Shown: positions 1 through 10,658 of the stretch, one piece after another | Layout of the letters: the number at the start of each line of letters is the position of its first letter | How positions within the stretch are numbered: position 1 is the stretch's first letter | Origin: Gemmataceae bacterium | GTDB lineage: Bacteria > Planctomycetota > Planctomycetia > Gemmatales > Gemmataceae | DNA length: 64,000 nt | Assembly: GCA_046297495.1 (NCBI GenBank) | Contig: JBKBIP010000001.1 | Coordinates: forward strand, 201,153-265,152 | Reading direction: 5' to 3' | Made by a program: the position numbers and the translations under genes | The notes under the pieces: generated by a model | The model's input: the letters and a program-made list of their open reading frames with translations, nothing else | Databases searched by the model: none | Told to the model about the DNA's origin: nothing

Positions 1-1
1 G

Positions 2-3000
2 ACCGGTGGCACGCTCACCCTCGGCGGACGCCGTGATTTCGGTGGTGTCCACGGCATTGAGTTGGCCGGCTCGGTTGTCATGGCGAATCCCGGCTCCCCT
101 GCGGTCATTGGTTTCGCCGTTCAAGATCCACTTGTACATGCGGAGATCAGCGGCACGATTAGCGGCGGCGGCAGCAATCTGATCTTCGGCAAGAGCGGCA
201 CTGGTACCCTTATCTTGTCGGGCAACAACACCTTTTTGGTCCGTCCTACGGCTGGCAGTGGCGTCAATCTCGATCAAGCCGATGGCATCCGAATCGATGC
301 GGGCATTCTGCGCGTCGCTCATTCCAACGCCTTGGGCGGCGGTGGATATGCCAATGTCAATGTGCGCGGCGATCTGGGCGCCGCTCTCGAAATCGACGGC
401 ACTGCGGGAAATGTCGATATTACCAACCGGCACTTGATTCTCTTTGGCCCTGACAACGGCATCGCACGGGGGTACTTGAATCGAACTTCATCGGAAGCCG
501 TCGCTACCGGCGTTCTGCGCAATATCGCGGGCACCAACAGGGTCACCGGCCAAATCGACTTGCGCAACATTGGCACTTCGACGACGAACGCCGTAACCAT
601 CTACATCGGTGTGGATGCTGGCCGATTGGATTTGAACGGCCAAATAATCGGGACCACCAATGTCGCCGGCACCACTACGGTCAACAACCGCAACCTCTAC
701 AAAGTAGGCGAAGGTACCTTGCGCTACAGCGGCGGAGCCGGCAATACCATCAACGGCAACACGGTGGTCATTGCTGGCACTCTGGAACTCAACAAGAGCG
801 CCGGTAATGCCATCGCCGGTCCGCTGATCATCGGCGATAACGAGGGAGCCGCCGGCAGTGATCAGGTGGTGCTACTCAACAACAATCAGATCGCCGACAA
901 CACCACGACCGTCACCATTCAGTCCACTGGCTCATTAGTTTTGGGAGATTTCCAGGACGCGATCTTCGGACCGACCGGCACCAATACTAACGTACTCAGT
1001 CTGGTCCTGGGTGATGGCAAGAGTGCCAGCGTCAGCAGCACGAATCTGGGGGCGCTGATTCTGGGGCGAAACACGACCAACACCAGCGGTATTTTGGTCA
1101 CGCCGCGTCCCGGCGTCTCCAACGTGGTGCCGGCCACCATCGAAGGCAATCTACAATTGCGTACCGCGACCGACTCCGCTGGCAGAACTCGCCAGATTAC
1201 CGTGGATGATAGTCCCGCCGACGTCGAACTGCTTGTCACCGCTAATATCCTGAATGGCGGCGTCGATGATACCACCAACGGCGCGGTGAACAAACTTGGT
1301 TTGGGCCGAATGGTGCTCAACCCGGACGATGCCAGCACCTATACCGGCAACACCACGGTTTCGGCTGGCGTGCTGCAGGTTCAGAAAAGTGAGGCTTTGG
1401 GTTTGGGAACTACCGTCACGGTCGCGGCAGGAGCTTCTCTGGAACTGGATGGCGATTTGACCATCAACAAGAATTTGAACGCATCCGGCACTGGTCTGTT
1501 CAACGGTCCGGTGTCCACGCGGCGGGTTGCTCCCGAAGGCACCGGCGCGGTGCGTAGCATCAGCGGCGACAGTACCTGGACGGGCAATGTATCCCTGAAC
1601 GCCAACCCCACGGTGTTCCGCAACGAGGCGGGCACATCGCTGACGCTCAATGGCGCTATCACCTTGGGGGCCACCGGGAATGAGTTTGTCAAGACGGGTG
1701 AAGGAACCCTGATCTTGGCGGGAACCACCGACAACATCATCACGTCAGTCAGCTTCGTTTTGAGCGGGACGCTGGTCCTGAACAAACAGGGGACCGCCAA
1801 TGCCTTGCGCGGCACCCTGGTCATCGGCGATGAATTCTCCCCGGCCACGGTGCAATACGGCCCCGACGCCGGCACCGCTCAGATGCTGAACACGGCCGCC
1901 ATCCTGATTTCCAGCACCGGCATCCTCGACTTGGCCACCAATGACAAGACGGATCAATTCGGTGAAATTCGGTTGACGGTGGGAGCTACTTCCAGCTCGC
2001 AGATTCACACCGGGTCCGGCGCCGCTGTCCTGACCAATAATACGTTCCGAGTGATAACCATGCCGGGTACCACCACTCTATCACCAGCAGCACTGGTGAC
2101 GGGGAATTTGCACTTGGGACCGAGTGGCACGGTCACGCGCACCTTCACGGTTGACGCCAGCCTGGCCAACGATCATCTGATCATTGATGGGGTTATCGCC
2201 AATGGCGGCGCCACTGCGGCCAATGTGACCAAGACCGGTTTTGGCACGATGGTCTTGCAGGGCAGCGCCCCCAACATCTACACTGGTACCACCACTGTCA
2301 ATCAGGGCACCCTGGCGTTGGCCAAGGATGCTGGGGTAGACGCTGTCCCTGGCAATCTGGTCATCGGCGACAACGTGGCCTATGGTCAGACGGATATTGT
2401 CATTCTGCGCAACAACCAACAAATCGCCGACACCACTAATGTCGTCACCGTCAACAGCTCCGGCTTGCTGGACCTGAACGGCTTCAACGAAACGCTCATT
2501 GGTCCGGTCGCGGCTAATAGCAACGCGCTGACCTTGCAGATCAATGCCGTCTATAGCGCCGTGGTCGATACCAACGGTGGTACTTTGACACTGGGCGGAC
2601 CAGCCACCAACAGTAACGTCAATGTCGTCAATGCGGGGAACACGACTTTTCACAGTCCCGCCGCCGTGATTCGCGGCAATATCAACCTGGGTGACAATCC
2701 GCGCCGCTTCGACGTGGTCAATTCCACCGTTGTTAGCGACGCGGTGAACCTGGATATGTCGCAAGCCATTGTGAGCGGAACGGGTGGCTTGACCAAGCTC
2801 GGCGTGGGTACCCTGCTACTGGGCGTCAACAATGCCACGGGGACTACCAATGTCTTGGATGGCTTAGTGATCCTGAGCGGTACCCATGCTCCTGACTTGG
2901 TGGTCGGTGATGGCATTGGCGCGGACAACACGGCCCAGGTGTGGATGACGGCCAGTGACTTAATCGCTAATACCGCCAACGTGCGCGTCAATGCCGAGGG

Positions 3001-6000
3001 AGTGTGGCTGCTAGGTATGAATGCCGTGCAAGGCATCTCGATTACCTCGACACCCGCTACCTTCTTCACGCTTACTTTTGATGATGGTGTCAATCAATTC
3101 ACCACGCGCCCCATTGCCACCAATGCCACGGCGGCGGTGGTGCAGACCGCCTTGCAAGACCTGCCCAACATCAACATCGGCGATGTGCTGGTGACGGGGG
3201 GCACCGATGTCTTTGGCATCCGCTACTTCACCATTCAATTCCGCAATGGTGATCCGCGTTCGTCCACTGGCTTGGGATTGCAAGCCATCAATCCGTTGAT
3301 CATCAGCGCGATTCCCGGCCAGCCGGCTTTGTTCCCGCCCGACATGCAGACCGATATTTATGCTGGAGCTTCACAGTCACAAACCATTGCCGAATTGACA
3401 ATGGAACGAGGCGTGGTCACGACGCCCGGCAGCGCCGACATCGCCACGGGCACGGGTACCTTGACCATGACTGGTGACATGACGCTGCTCAACCGCGGCG
3501 CCACAATCAACACTTCTCCCCCGGCCACGATCACCGGCAATTTGAACCTAGCCGGCGCCAGCCGCATCTTTTCCGTCGTTGACTCCGCTACCGCCGGTGC
3601 CGCCACTGATTTGTTGATCATGGCCACGATCAGCAACGGCGGCATCATCAAGACCAATACCGGCACGTTGGAACTGGGCGGCTTCCAGGACAATACCTAC
3701 GCCCTCGCCACCGAGATTCAGGTTGGGGCCATTCTGCTGGCCAAGGCCCGCGTCAATGAAATTCAAGCGATCACGGTCGATCCATCGGTGACAGCAGGCC
3801 AGTTCACCATCAGCTACGGCGGTTACACCACGGCGCCGCTCAATTTCAATGCGACGACGGCCCAAGTGCAGACCCAACTGCTGTCGCTGCCGTCGATCGG
3901 TGCCGGCGGCGTGGCCGTGGCCGGTTCACCGGGTGCATACGAAGTTACGTTTATCGGCAACTTGGCCAACGCCAATGTTGAGGAGATGACCGTCGCCAAC
4001 CTCAGCTTGGTCGGCGGCGACGTGTCTGTCTTTACTGCCCGCGACGGCCAAAGCGACGAGATTCAAACCATCTCGTTGGATGGTGGCGTGACAGGTGGGA
4101 CCTTCACCATCAATTTCAATGGTCGAACGACGGCTCCCATCGCTTTCAATGCCACGGCGGCAGCCGTGCAAGCGGCGCTGCAAGCCTTAGCGCCGGAAAT
4201 CGGCACGGGAAATGTGACGGTCCTGGGTGGCGGCGGCGCGAACGGCGTCTATACTTTGATCTTCCGCAATGGCTTGGGCAGTGCCAACGTGCCGGAAGTG
4301 ACCGTCGATGCCACCAGCTTGATCGGCGGCGGGGCCACGGTGGCGACGGTATCGGATGGGTTCAGCTTCAACGCGATTCCGACCGGCACCATCATCATCG
4401 GTGATGGCGCCGGGACCGATGCTCTGAACTTGGGAGCATCGCATCAGATCGGCGATCTAGTGGCTGTCACCATGCTCGATACCACCGGCGTTCCGCAATT
4501 CAACCTGAATGGTTTTAGTGAGGAGATCGGCTCGCTGGCCTCTGCTGGCACCAATGCCGTGGTGGCAATGGGGGGCAACAACCCGACTCTAACTACCGGC
4601 GGCAACAACGCTTCCACCACGTTCAACGGCGTGATTAGTAGCAGCGTGGCCGGCATGGGCAACCTGACCAAAGTCGGGACGGGTGAGTTCACGCTGGCCG
4701 GGACGGCGGCGAATACGTTCACGGGGACCACCTGGATACGCGAAGGCGTACTCATTCTTCAGAAAACCGCCGGTGTCGATGCCCTTCGCGGTCCGATCGT
4801 CGTCGGCGACGGCATTGGCGGCCAGGACGCCGACGAATTGCGTCTGGGAGCCTCCAATCAGATTCAAGACGCGGCCACGGTCACCATCACTATCACCCAG
4901 TCCGGTCTATTCGATCTCAACGGCTTTATCGAGACAATCACCGGTCCTGCTGCAGGGGTGGTCCTGACCTTGGAACTGGGACCGACCGCCAGCGCCCGCA
5001 TCACCAACAGCGATCTCGGCAATCCCTCGACGCTGACACTGGGCGGCGCGGCAGGGGCCAGCAATGTCAACGTAGTCGCCCTCGCAGGCACCGACGACAC
5101 TTCGCCGCCGGTGCTCATCGACGGCAACCTGAGCCTGAGCCTGGGCAACCAGACCCGCACCTTCACCGTGGCCGACACTGAAACACCCAGTACGAACACC
5201 GATCTGCGGGTGGAGGTGCCAGTGATTCAGAGCGCTGCCACCGGCGCGTTGATCAAAGCCGGTCCCGGTACCATGACGCTCAATGCCCTCAACACCTACA
5301 CGGGCGCCACCACGGTCAATGATGGTATCCTGGGGGGCAATGGTACTCTGACTGGACCATTGACGATTAACAGCGGCGCGACTCTCAGCCCTGGCGATAA
5401 TGGAACAGGTATATTCACGGTCAATAACAATGTCACGTTCAATGCCGGTGCCTTTTACTTCGTCGAGATCAATGGCCCGACCGTCGGCACAGAGTATGAC
5501 CGCCTGTCCGTCAATGGAAACGTCAGCATCGACAACTCCGCGACCCTGGTCGGCAGTACAGTATTCGACATTGCCAACGGGGTGTCTTTCATCATCATCG
5601 AGAAAGTATCCGCTGGATTGATCACTGGCGCCTTCGGTAATGCCGATCAGTTGTCGCCACCGGATGTCGTCTTCGTGGGCGGCAAGAGTTACATCTATAA
5701 CTTCGATGGCGCCAACTACGTGGGGGGCAGTGGTCGGGATTTGGAATTGAATTCCGTCAAGACCACGCGCGAATGGGACGGTGAAAGCCTCACGACTAAC
5801 AACTGGACCGACGCCGTTAACTGGGTGGGAGACGTGGCTCCGTTCGTGGGGGACGATTTGTTGTTCCGTAATTTGGGCCTCGTGCGTCCCAACCCCTTCA
5901 ACGACTTCGCGCCTGACACCGACTTCGGTCTGATCACCATTGACGCCACAGGGGGCAGTTACGATCTGCAAGGCAACCGCGTCCGCTTCGCCGATGCCAC

Positions 6001-9000
6001 AGGCGGTATCCTGCATCAAAGCGGCACCCACACGATCAGCCTTGATCTGCTCTCGGCAACCAACCCACTGACATTGACATCCAATGGTACCCAACTTAAC
6101 GTCAATGGCGCCATTACGCTGGGCAGCGGATTGGTGCTGACGGGAACCGGCACGAATGCCGCCATCAACGGTGACATCGGTGAATCTGGCTCCCAAACTG
6201 TGACCAAGCAGGGGGCTGGGACCTGGACCTTGGCGGGCAACAATACCTACACCGGCCTCACAACGGTCAGTGCCGGTACGCTGCAAGTTGATGGCGGCAG
6301 CGCCATACTGGATACCAACACGGTGAATGTCAACGTGGCAGGCGCCACCTTGGCATTGCTGGATGATGAAACCATCGGCACGCTCAACGGCGTGGCGGGT
6401 GGCATCGTCCAACTCAATGCCAATACGTTGACCGTGGGGGCTGGTTCCTTCGCCGGTAACATCAACGGCAGCGGCGGTTTGACCAAGAACACCGCCGGTA
6501 TCCTGACCCTGAGCGGTACCAATAGCTACACTGGTGTCACTAACATCGATGCCGGTACGCTGCAAGTCATGGGCGGCAGCGCATTGGTTGACACCGGTAC
6601 GGTCTCTGTGAATATCGCCGGGGCTACCTTCGAGTTATTAAATGATGAAACCATCGGTACGCTCAACGGCGTGGCGGGTGGCATCGTCCAACTTAATGCC
6701 AATACGTTGACTGTGGGGGCTGGTTCCTTCGCCGGCGCCATCAACGGCAGCGGCGGCCTGACCAAGAACACCGCCGGCATCCTTCTCTTGAACGGTACCA
6801 ATGGCTACACCGGTACCACCAACATCGACGCCGGTACGCTGCGCGTCGATGGCGGCAGCGCATTGGTTGACACCGGTACGGTCTCCGTGAATACCGCCGG
6901 GGCTACCTTCGAGTTGTTGGCGGATGAAACCATCGGCACGCTCAACGGCGTGGCTAACTCCACGGTACAGCTTAATGCCAACACCCTTACCGTTGGCGCG
7001 GGGAATTTCCTGGGTGTCATCGACGGGACCGGCGGCTTAACCAAGACGACTGTGGGGACGTTGGCCTTGGGCGGAGTGAACACGTATACGGGCACCACTA
7101 ACATCAACGGTGGTTTTCTGCTTGTCAATGGCTCGACCGCGGCAGGTAGTACGGTGGAGGTCAACAACACCGGTACTCTAGGTGGTACTGGCACCATCAA
7201 TGGCCCCGTGAACGTCAACAGTGGCGGCACCATCAATCCCGGACCAAATGGGGCGGCACCGGCGAATACCGGCATCCTGACGGTCAATAACACCGTCACG
7301 TTCAACCTCGGCTCGTTCTTCCATGTTGATATAAACGGCACCACGCCTGGTACGCAGCACGATCAATTAACTGTCACCGGCACGGGGGCCGTCATCATCA
7401 ATGCCGGCGCCACGCTGGTCGGCACCACCGATCCGCTTATCATCAATGGTCTATCGTTCGTGGTGTTGAACAAAGCATCCACCGGCTTCATTTCCGGGGC
7501 GTTCACTAATGCTAATCTAGTGTCCCCGCCAGCCACGGTATCAGTGGGCGGCAAGACTTATACGTACAACTTCAACGGGACCAACTACGTAGGCGGTAGT
7601 GGTCGCGATCTGGTACTGACGACCACGCCCACCATCCGCGTCTGGGACGGCATCGAGGATGGCGGAGCCAACTCCGGCGACAACAATTGGACCAATCCGC
7701 TCAACTGGGTGGGGGACGCGCAACCATTCGCGGGGGATGCTCTGTTCTTCAACGATGTCGGCGTCGTGAACCGCAACTTGCCGTTCAATGACTTCGCCGC
7801 CGGCTTCTCGTTCAGCTCGATTACCTTCAACACCACGCTGGGGAATTACACCATCACCGGCAACGCCATCACCATGCAAGCGACGCTGGGGGGCGGGGTA
7901 TTCCACTCCGCCGGCAACAACGTGTTGAACATTGGTTTGAACATGACCGCTTCCCCACAGACCGTGGAAGCCACGGGCGGAACGCTGACCATTGGCGGAG
8001 CGATTACACTCGGTGCAGGGGCGAACCTTAGCGTCAACGCCAACCCCGGCAATGTGATCTTTAATAACACCATCGACGGCGACCAGACGCTGACTACCAG
8101 TGGTGCCGGCACCGTGCGTTTCGCGGACACGGTAGGGGCCACCACCCCCTTGGTTTCGCTTACCACCAGCAACGCGGGTGTCACGGAAATTTTCACCTCC
8201 GTGGTGCGAACCAACGGCGCCCAATCGTACAACAATCCGGTGTTGGTCGATTCGCCAACGAACCTGCTCACGATCACCACGCTAGCCGGCGGCAATGTTT
8301 CCTTTGCCTCGACCCTGCGGGGCAACACGGACGGTGAGGATAGCATCACCATCAACTCCAGCGGCACGACCACCTTTGGCGGCGCCGTCGGTGACAGCGG
8401 ACAGCGACTGAACAACCTGCTTGTCAACAGCACCGGCGTCATCGCCATCAACGGTGGGTCGGTAACCACTCTTGGAAACCAGACGTATAATCAAGCGGTC
8501 ACGTTGGGGGCTGCTGGCAATGCCACGACACTCACTGGCGTGGATGTATTCTTCGCCTCAACCGTGCGCAGTCCGGTGAACGGCCAGCAGGCTCTAACAG
8601 TCAATGCGTCCGGTGTCACCACGTTTGCCGGCGCGGTTGGCGACAACGACCAACGACTGGCCAGCTTGACGACCAACGCGGGGGGCACCACGCGCATCAA
8701 CGGCGGTTCCGTCACCACCACGGGCGACCAAACCTACAACGACGTGGTCACCCTGGGGGCCGACACCATTTTGACCGGAGCGAATATCACCTTCGATGAC
8801 ACCCTGGATTCCGCCGGCGCGCATCGACATCTGACCGTTAATGGCAGCGCCACGACACGGTTCAATGGTTGGGTCGGCTTCACCCTGCCGTTGGCATCGC
8901 TCACCACCAACGCGGGCGGCACTACCGTGATCGATGCGGGAGAGGTGCATACCATCGGCAACCAAACCTATAACGATCCCGTCATCCTGGAATCCGACAC

Positions 9001-10648
9001 GCTGCTTAACGCGGGTGGGACCGTCCACTTCGCCACTACAGTCAACAGTGCCGCCACCGAGCAGAATGACCTCACCATCACGGCGAACACGTTAATTTTC
9101 GGTGGCAACGTCGGCTTTGGGACCAATGGCGAACTGGGTGACTTGATCGTGAGCACGGCAACGGCTCTGAATCTGAGTGTCAGCATCCGGGCAGCTGGCG
9201 ATATGTTCTTTGAAGTGCAGTTTGACACCAATCCCAATCGCCAGATCACGATCAACAACAATTCGACCATCATGTCGCTGGGTGGCGACATCACCTTCGA
9301 GGCCAGCACCGGCTTCACGCTGGCCAGCGGCTCGACGCTCTCCGCGACAGCCGGTAGCATCTTCGTGACCGCCAACTATACACTGGCCGCCGCCGATGGC
9401 ATCGCGGTATTGCTCCAAGGCATCGTCAATGCCACGCAAATGACTATTACGGGTGGGGATTTGGCCGATACCTTCACCATTGCCCCCAGCGCCACCACGC
9501 CGATAGACGTAGCCGGCTTGCTTCCGGTGGCCCCGGTGGTCGTGGGAGACGCCCTGTTCATCATCATGGCAGGCGTGACCAATCCGAAGCTGACGATCAC
9601 CGCTCCGGGAGACGGTTTCTGGACGTTCGGCAATCGCCAGACTGTTACCTTCACCAGCATCGAGCGCTTCAATTTCACGGAGATTCGCGCCACGGGGACG
9701 GGTCCCGGTGGTGGGCCGCACGTCAAGGTTTGGGACTCCTTCACTGGCCAGCTCAAGTTCAGCTTCTTCGCTTATAATGGCGGCTTCACCGGCGGCGTGC
9801 GCGTGGCGGTGGGGGATGTCACCGGCGACGGCATTCCCGACATCATCACCGCGCCGGGTGCTGGTGGTGGACCGCATATTCGGGTCTTCGATGGTGTCAC
9901 CGGCCAAGTCGTGCGTGAGTTCTTCGCGTATGCTCCGAGCTTCACCGGCGGCGTGTTCGTGGCCGTTGGCGATGTGAATGGCGACGGGGTAGCCGACATC
10001 ATCACCGCGCCAGGCGCTGGCGGCGGGCCGCATGTCAAGGTTTTCGACGGTGTCACCAATGCAGTCATCGGTAGCTTCTTCGCTTATGCTCCGAGCTTCA
10101 CCGGCGGCGTCACGGTCGCGGCCGGTGATGTCACGGGCAACGGCATGGCAGAGGTCATCACCGGCGCTGGCGCTGGCGGTGGTCCCCATGTGCGGACGTT
10201 CAACGGCATGACAGGGGCCCAAATCGCCCATCCGCTGGGCAGCTTTTTCGCTTATCATAGCAGCTTCACCGGCGGCGTGTTTGTAGCCGCAGGCGACATC
10301 AACGGGGACGGTCGGGCCGACATCGTCACAGGTCCCGGCGCCGGTGGCGGACCACACGTCAAGGCGTTCAGCGGCGCCAATGGTGGGATACTTGCCAGTT
10401 TCATGGCCTTCGAGCCGGCTGGGCCGGGGCCGATCAACCAGGTGGTCAACGACGCCAACTTGACCAGCGGCGTGCGCGTGGCCGTCACCAACGTCAATGG
10501 ACTGGCACGCTTCTTCGTCAGCTTGGGAGCCAATGCCCAACCACGGGCTCGCGTCTTTGATGCCGCCACCTTGGCGCTGATCGATGATTTCTTCGCCTAC
10601 GATCCCGCTTTCCTCGGCGGTGTCTTCGTCGGCGGCAGCAACCGCTAG
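2..10648 (+). CDS. Giant secreted or surface repeat protein, 5'-truncated by the window edge. The body is autotransporter-associated beta-strand (PATR) repeats, with internal module duplications and a C-terminal FG-GAP/VCBS beta-propeller.
   Basis: The reading frame is open from nt 2 (TGGTLTLGG...), so the true start lies upstream of the window. The ATG at 62 is internal. There are dozens of GxGTLxLxGxNTYTGxTxVxxGTL motifs. The C-terminus holds about 7 repeats of FFAY..FTGGVxVAxGDVxGDGxxDIITAPGAGGGPHVxVFDGVTG, which is FG-GAP-like. The stop codon TAG is at 10646-10648. Confidence 0.85.
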   Translation, partial: TGGTLTLGGRRDFGGVHGIELAGSVVMANPGSPAVIGFAVQDPLVHAEISGTISGGGSNLIFGKSGTGTLILSGNNTFLVRPTAGSGVNLDQADGIRIDAGILRVAHSNALGGGGYANVNVRGDLGAALEIDGTAGNVDITNRHLILFGPDNGIARGYLNRTSSEAVATGVLRNIAGTNRVTGQIDLRNIGTSTTNAVTIYIGVDAGRLDLNGQIIGTTNVAGTTTVNNRNLYKVGEGTLRYSGGAGNTINGNTVVIAGTLELNKSAGNAIAGPLIIGDNEGAAGSDQVVLLNNNQIADNTTTVTIQSTGSLVLGDFQDAIFGPTGTNTNVLSLVLGDGKSASVSSTNLGALILGRNTTNTSGILVTPRPGVSNVVPATIEGNLQLRTATDSAGRTRQITVDDSPADVELLVTANILNGGVDDTTNGAVNKLGLGRMVLNPDDASTYTGNTTVSAGVLQVQKSEALGLGTTVTVAAGASLELDGDLTINKNLNASGTGLFNGPVSTRRVAPEGTGAVRSISGDSTWTGNVSLNANPTVFRNEAGTSLTLNGAITLGATGNEFVKTGEGTLILAGTTDNIITSVSFVLSGTLVLNKQGTANALRGTLVIGDEFSPATVQYGPDAGTAQMLNTAAILISSTGILDLATNDKTDQFGEIRLTVGATSSSQIHTGSGAAVLTNNTFRVITMPGTTTLSPAALVTGNLHLGPSGTVTRTFTVDASLANDHLIIDGVIANGGATAANVTKTGFGTMVLQGSAPNIYTGTTTVNQGTLALAKDAGVDAVPGNLVIGDNVAYGQTDIVILRNNQQIADTTNVVTVNSSGLLDLNGFNETLIGPVAANSNALTLQINAVYSAVVDTNGGTLTLGGPATNSNVNVVNAGNTTFHSPAAVIRGNINLGDNPRRFDVVNSTVVSDAVNLDMSQAIVSGTGGLTKLGVGTLLLGVNNATGTTNVLDGLVILSGTHAPDLVVGDGIGADNTAQVWMTASDLIANTANVRVNAEGVWLLGMNAVQGISITSTPATFFTLTFDDGVNQFTTRPIATNATAAVVQTALQDLPNINIGDVLVTGGTDVFGIRYFTIQFRNGDPRSSTGLGLQAINPLIISAIPGQPALFPPDMQTDIYAGASQSQTIAELTMERGVVTTPGSADIATGTGTLTMTGDMTLLNRGATINTSPPATITGNLNLAGASRIFSVVDSATAGAATDLLIMATISNGGIIKTNTGTLELGGFQDNTYALATEIQVGAILLAKARVNEIQAITVDPSVTAGQFTISYGGYTTAPLNFNATTAQVQTQLLSLPSIGAGGVAVAGSPGAYEVTFIGNLANANVEEMTVANLSLVGGDVSVFTARDGQSDEIQTISLDGGVTGGTFTINFNGRTTAPIAFNATAAAVQAALQALAPEIGTGNVTVLGGGGANGVYTLIFRNGLGSANVPEVTVDATSLIGGGATVATVSDGFSFNAIPTGTIIIGDGAGTDALNLGASHQIGDLVAVTMLDTTGVPQFNLNGFSEEIGSLASAGTNAVVAMGGNNPTLTTGGNNASTTFNGVISSSVAGMGNLTKVGTGEFTLAGTAANTFTGTTWIREGVLILQKTAGVDALRGPIVVGDGIGGQDADELRLGASNQIQDAATVTITITQSGLFDLNGFIETITGPAAGVVLTLELGPTASARITNSDLGNPSTLTLGGAAGASNVNVVALAGTDDTSPPVLIDGNLSLSLGNQTRTFTVADTETPSTNTDLRVEVPVIQSAATGALIKAGPGTMTLNALNTYTGATTVNDGILGGNGTLTGPLTINSGATLSPGDNGTGIFTVNNNVTFNAGAFYFVEINGPTVGTEYDRLSVNGNVSIDNSATLVGSTVFDIANGVSFIIIEKVSAGLITGAFGNADQLSPPDVVFVGGKSYIYNFDGANYVGGSGRDLELNSVKTTREWDGESLTTNNWTDAVNWVGDVAPFVGDDLLFRNLGLVRPNPFNDFAPDTDFGLITIDATGGSYDLQGNRVRFADATGGILHQSGTHTISLDLLSATNPLTLTSNGTQLNVNGAITLGSGLVLTGTGTNAAINGDIGESGSQTVTKQGAGTWTLAGNNTYTGLTTVSAGTLQVDGGSAILDTNTVNVNVAGATLALLDDETIGTLNGVAGGIVQLNANTLTVGAGSFAGNINGSGGLTKNTAGILTLSGTNSYTGVTNIDAGTLQVMGGSALVDTGTVSVNIAGATFELLNDETIGTLNGVAGGIVQLNANTLTVGAGSFAGAINGSGGLTKNTAGILLLNGTNGYTGTTNIDAGTLRVDGGSALVDTGTVSVNTAGATFELLADETIGTLNGVANSTVQLNANTLTVGAGNFLGVIDGTGGLTKTTVGTLALGGVNTYTGTTNINGGFLLVNGSTAAGSTVEVNNTGTLGGTGTINGPVNVNSGGTINPGPNGAAPANTGILTVNNTVTFNLGSFFHVDINGTTPGTQHDQLTVTGTGAVIINAGATLVGTTDPLIINGLSFVVLNKASTGFISGAFTNANLVSPPATVSVGGKTYTYNFNGTNYVGGSGRDLVLTTTPTIRVWDGIEDGGANSGDNNWTNPLNWVGDAQPFAGDALFFNDVGVVNRNLPFNDFAAGFSFSSITFNTTLGNYTITGNAITMQATLGGGVFHSAGNNVLNIGLNMTASPQTVEATGGTLTIGGAITLGAGANLSVNANPGNVIFNNTIDGDQTLTTSGAGTVRFADTVGATTPLVSLTTSNAGVTEIFTSVVRTNGAQSYNNPVLVDSPTNLLTITTLAGGNVSFASTLRGNTDGEDSITINSSGTTTFGGAVGDSGQRLNNLLVNSTGVIAINGGSVTTLGNQTYNQAVTLGAAGNATTLTGVDVFFASTVRSPVNGQQALTVNASGVTTFAGAVGDNDQRLASLTTNAGGTTRINGGSVTTTGDQTYNDVVTLGADTILTGANITFDDTLDSAGAHRHLTVNGSATTRFNGWVGFTLPLASLTTNAGGTTVIDAGEVHTIGNQTYNDPVILESDTLLNAGGTVHFATTVNSAATEQNDLTITANTLIFGGNVGFGTNGELGDLIVSTATALNLSVSIRAAGDMFFEVQFDTNPNRQITINNNSTIMSLGGDITFEASTGFTLASGSTLSATAGSIFVTANYTLAAADGIAVLLQGIVNATQMTITGGDLADTFTIAPSATTPIDVAGLLPVAPVVVGDALFIIMAGVTNPKLTITAPGDGFWTFGNRQTVTFTSIERFNFTEIRATGTGPGGGPHVKVWDSFTGQLKFSFFAYNGGFTGGVRVAVGDVTGDGIPDIITAPGAGGGPHIRVFDGVTGQVVREFFAYAPSFTGGVFVAVGDVNGDGVADIITAPGAGGGPHVKVFDGVTNAVIGSFFAYAPSFTGGVTVAAGDVTGNGMAEVITGAGAGGGPHVRTFNGMTGAQIAHPLGSFFAYHSSFTGGVFVAAGDINGDGRADIVTGPGAGGGPHVKAFSGANGGILASFMAFEPAGPGPINQVVNDANLTSGVRVAVTNVNGLARFFVSLGANAQPRARVFDAATLALIDDFFAYDPAFLGGVFVGGSNR
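6294..7130 (+). repeat. Three tandem, near-identical 279-bp (93-aa) coding repeats inside the giant gene
   Basis: Units begin at about 6294, 6573 and 6852, each starting ggcggcagcgc...ggtac. Stretches of more than 100 bp are almost identical between units at the DNA level (gatgatgaaaccatcggYacgctcaacggcgtggcgggtggcatcgtccaactYaatgccaatacgttgacYgtgggggctggttccttcgccgg). The protein units read TYTG.T.IDAGTLxVxGGSALVDTGTVSVN.AGATFELL.DETIGTLNGVAGGIVQLNANTLTVGAGSFAG.INGSGGLTKNTAGIL.L.GTN. Confidence 0.8.
9690..10560 (+). repeat. FG-GAP / VCBS-like coding repeats forming a C-terminal beta-propeller, about 60 aa per blade
   Basis: Repeated ggcggcgtg...gtgggggatgtcaccggcgacgg...gacatcatcaccgcgccgggtgctggtggtggaccgca units. 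The peptide motif FTGGVxVAxGDVxGDGxxDIITxPGAGGGPHV recurs 6-7 times. Confidence 0.75.
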
Positions 10649-10658
10649 CAGCCCAGAT

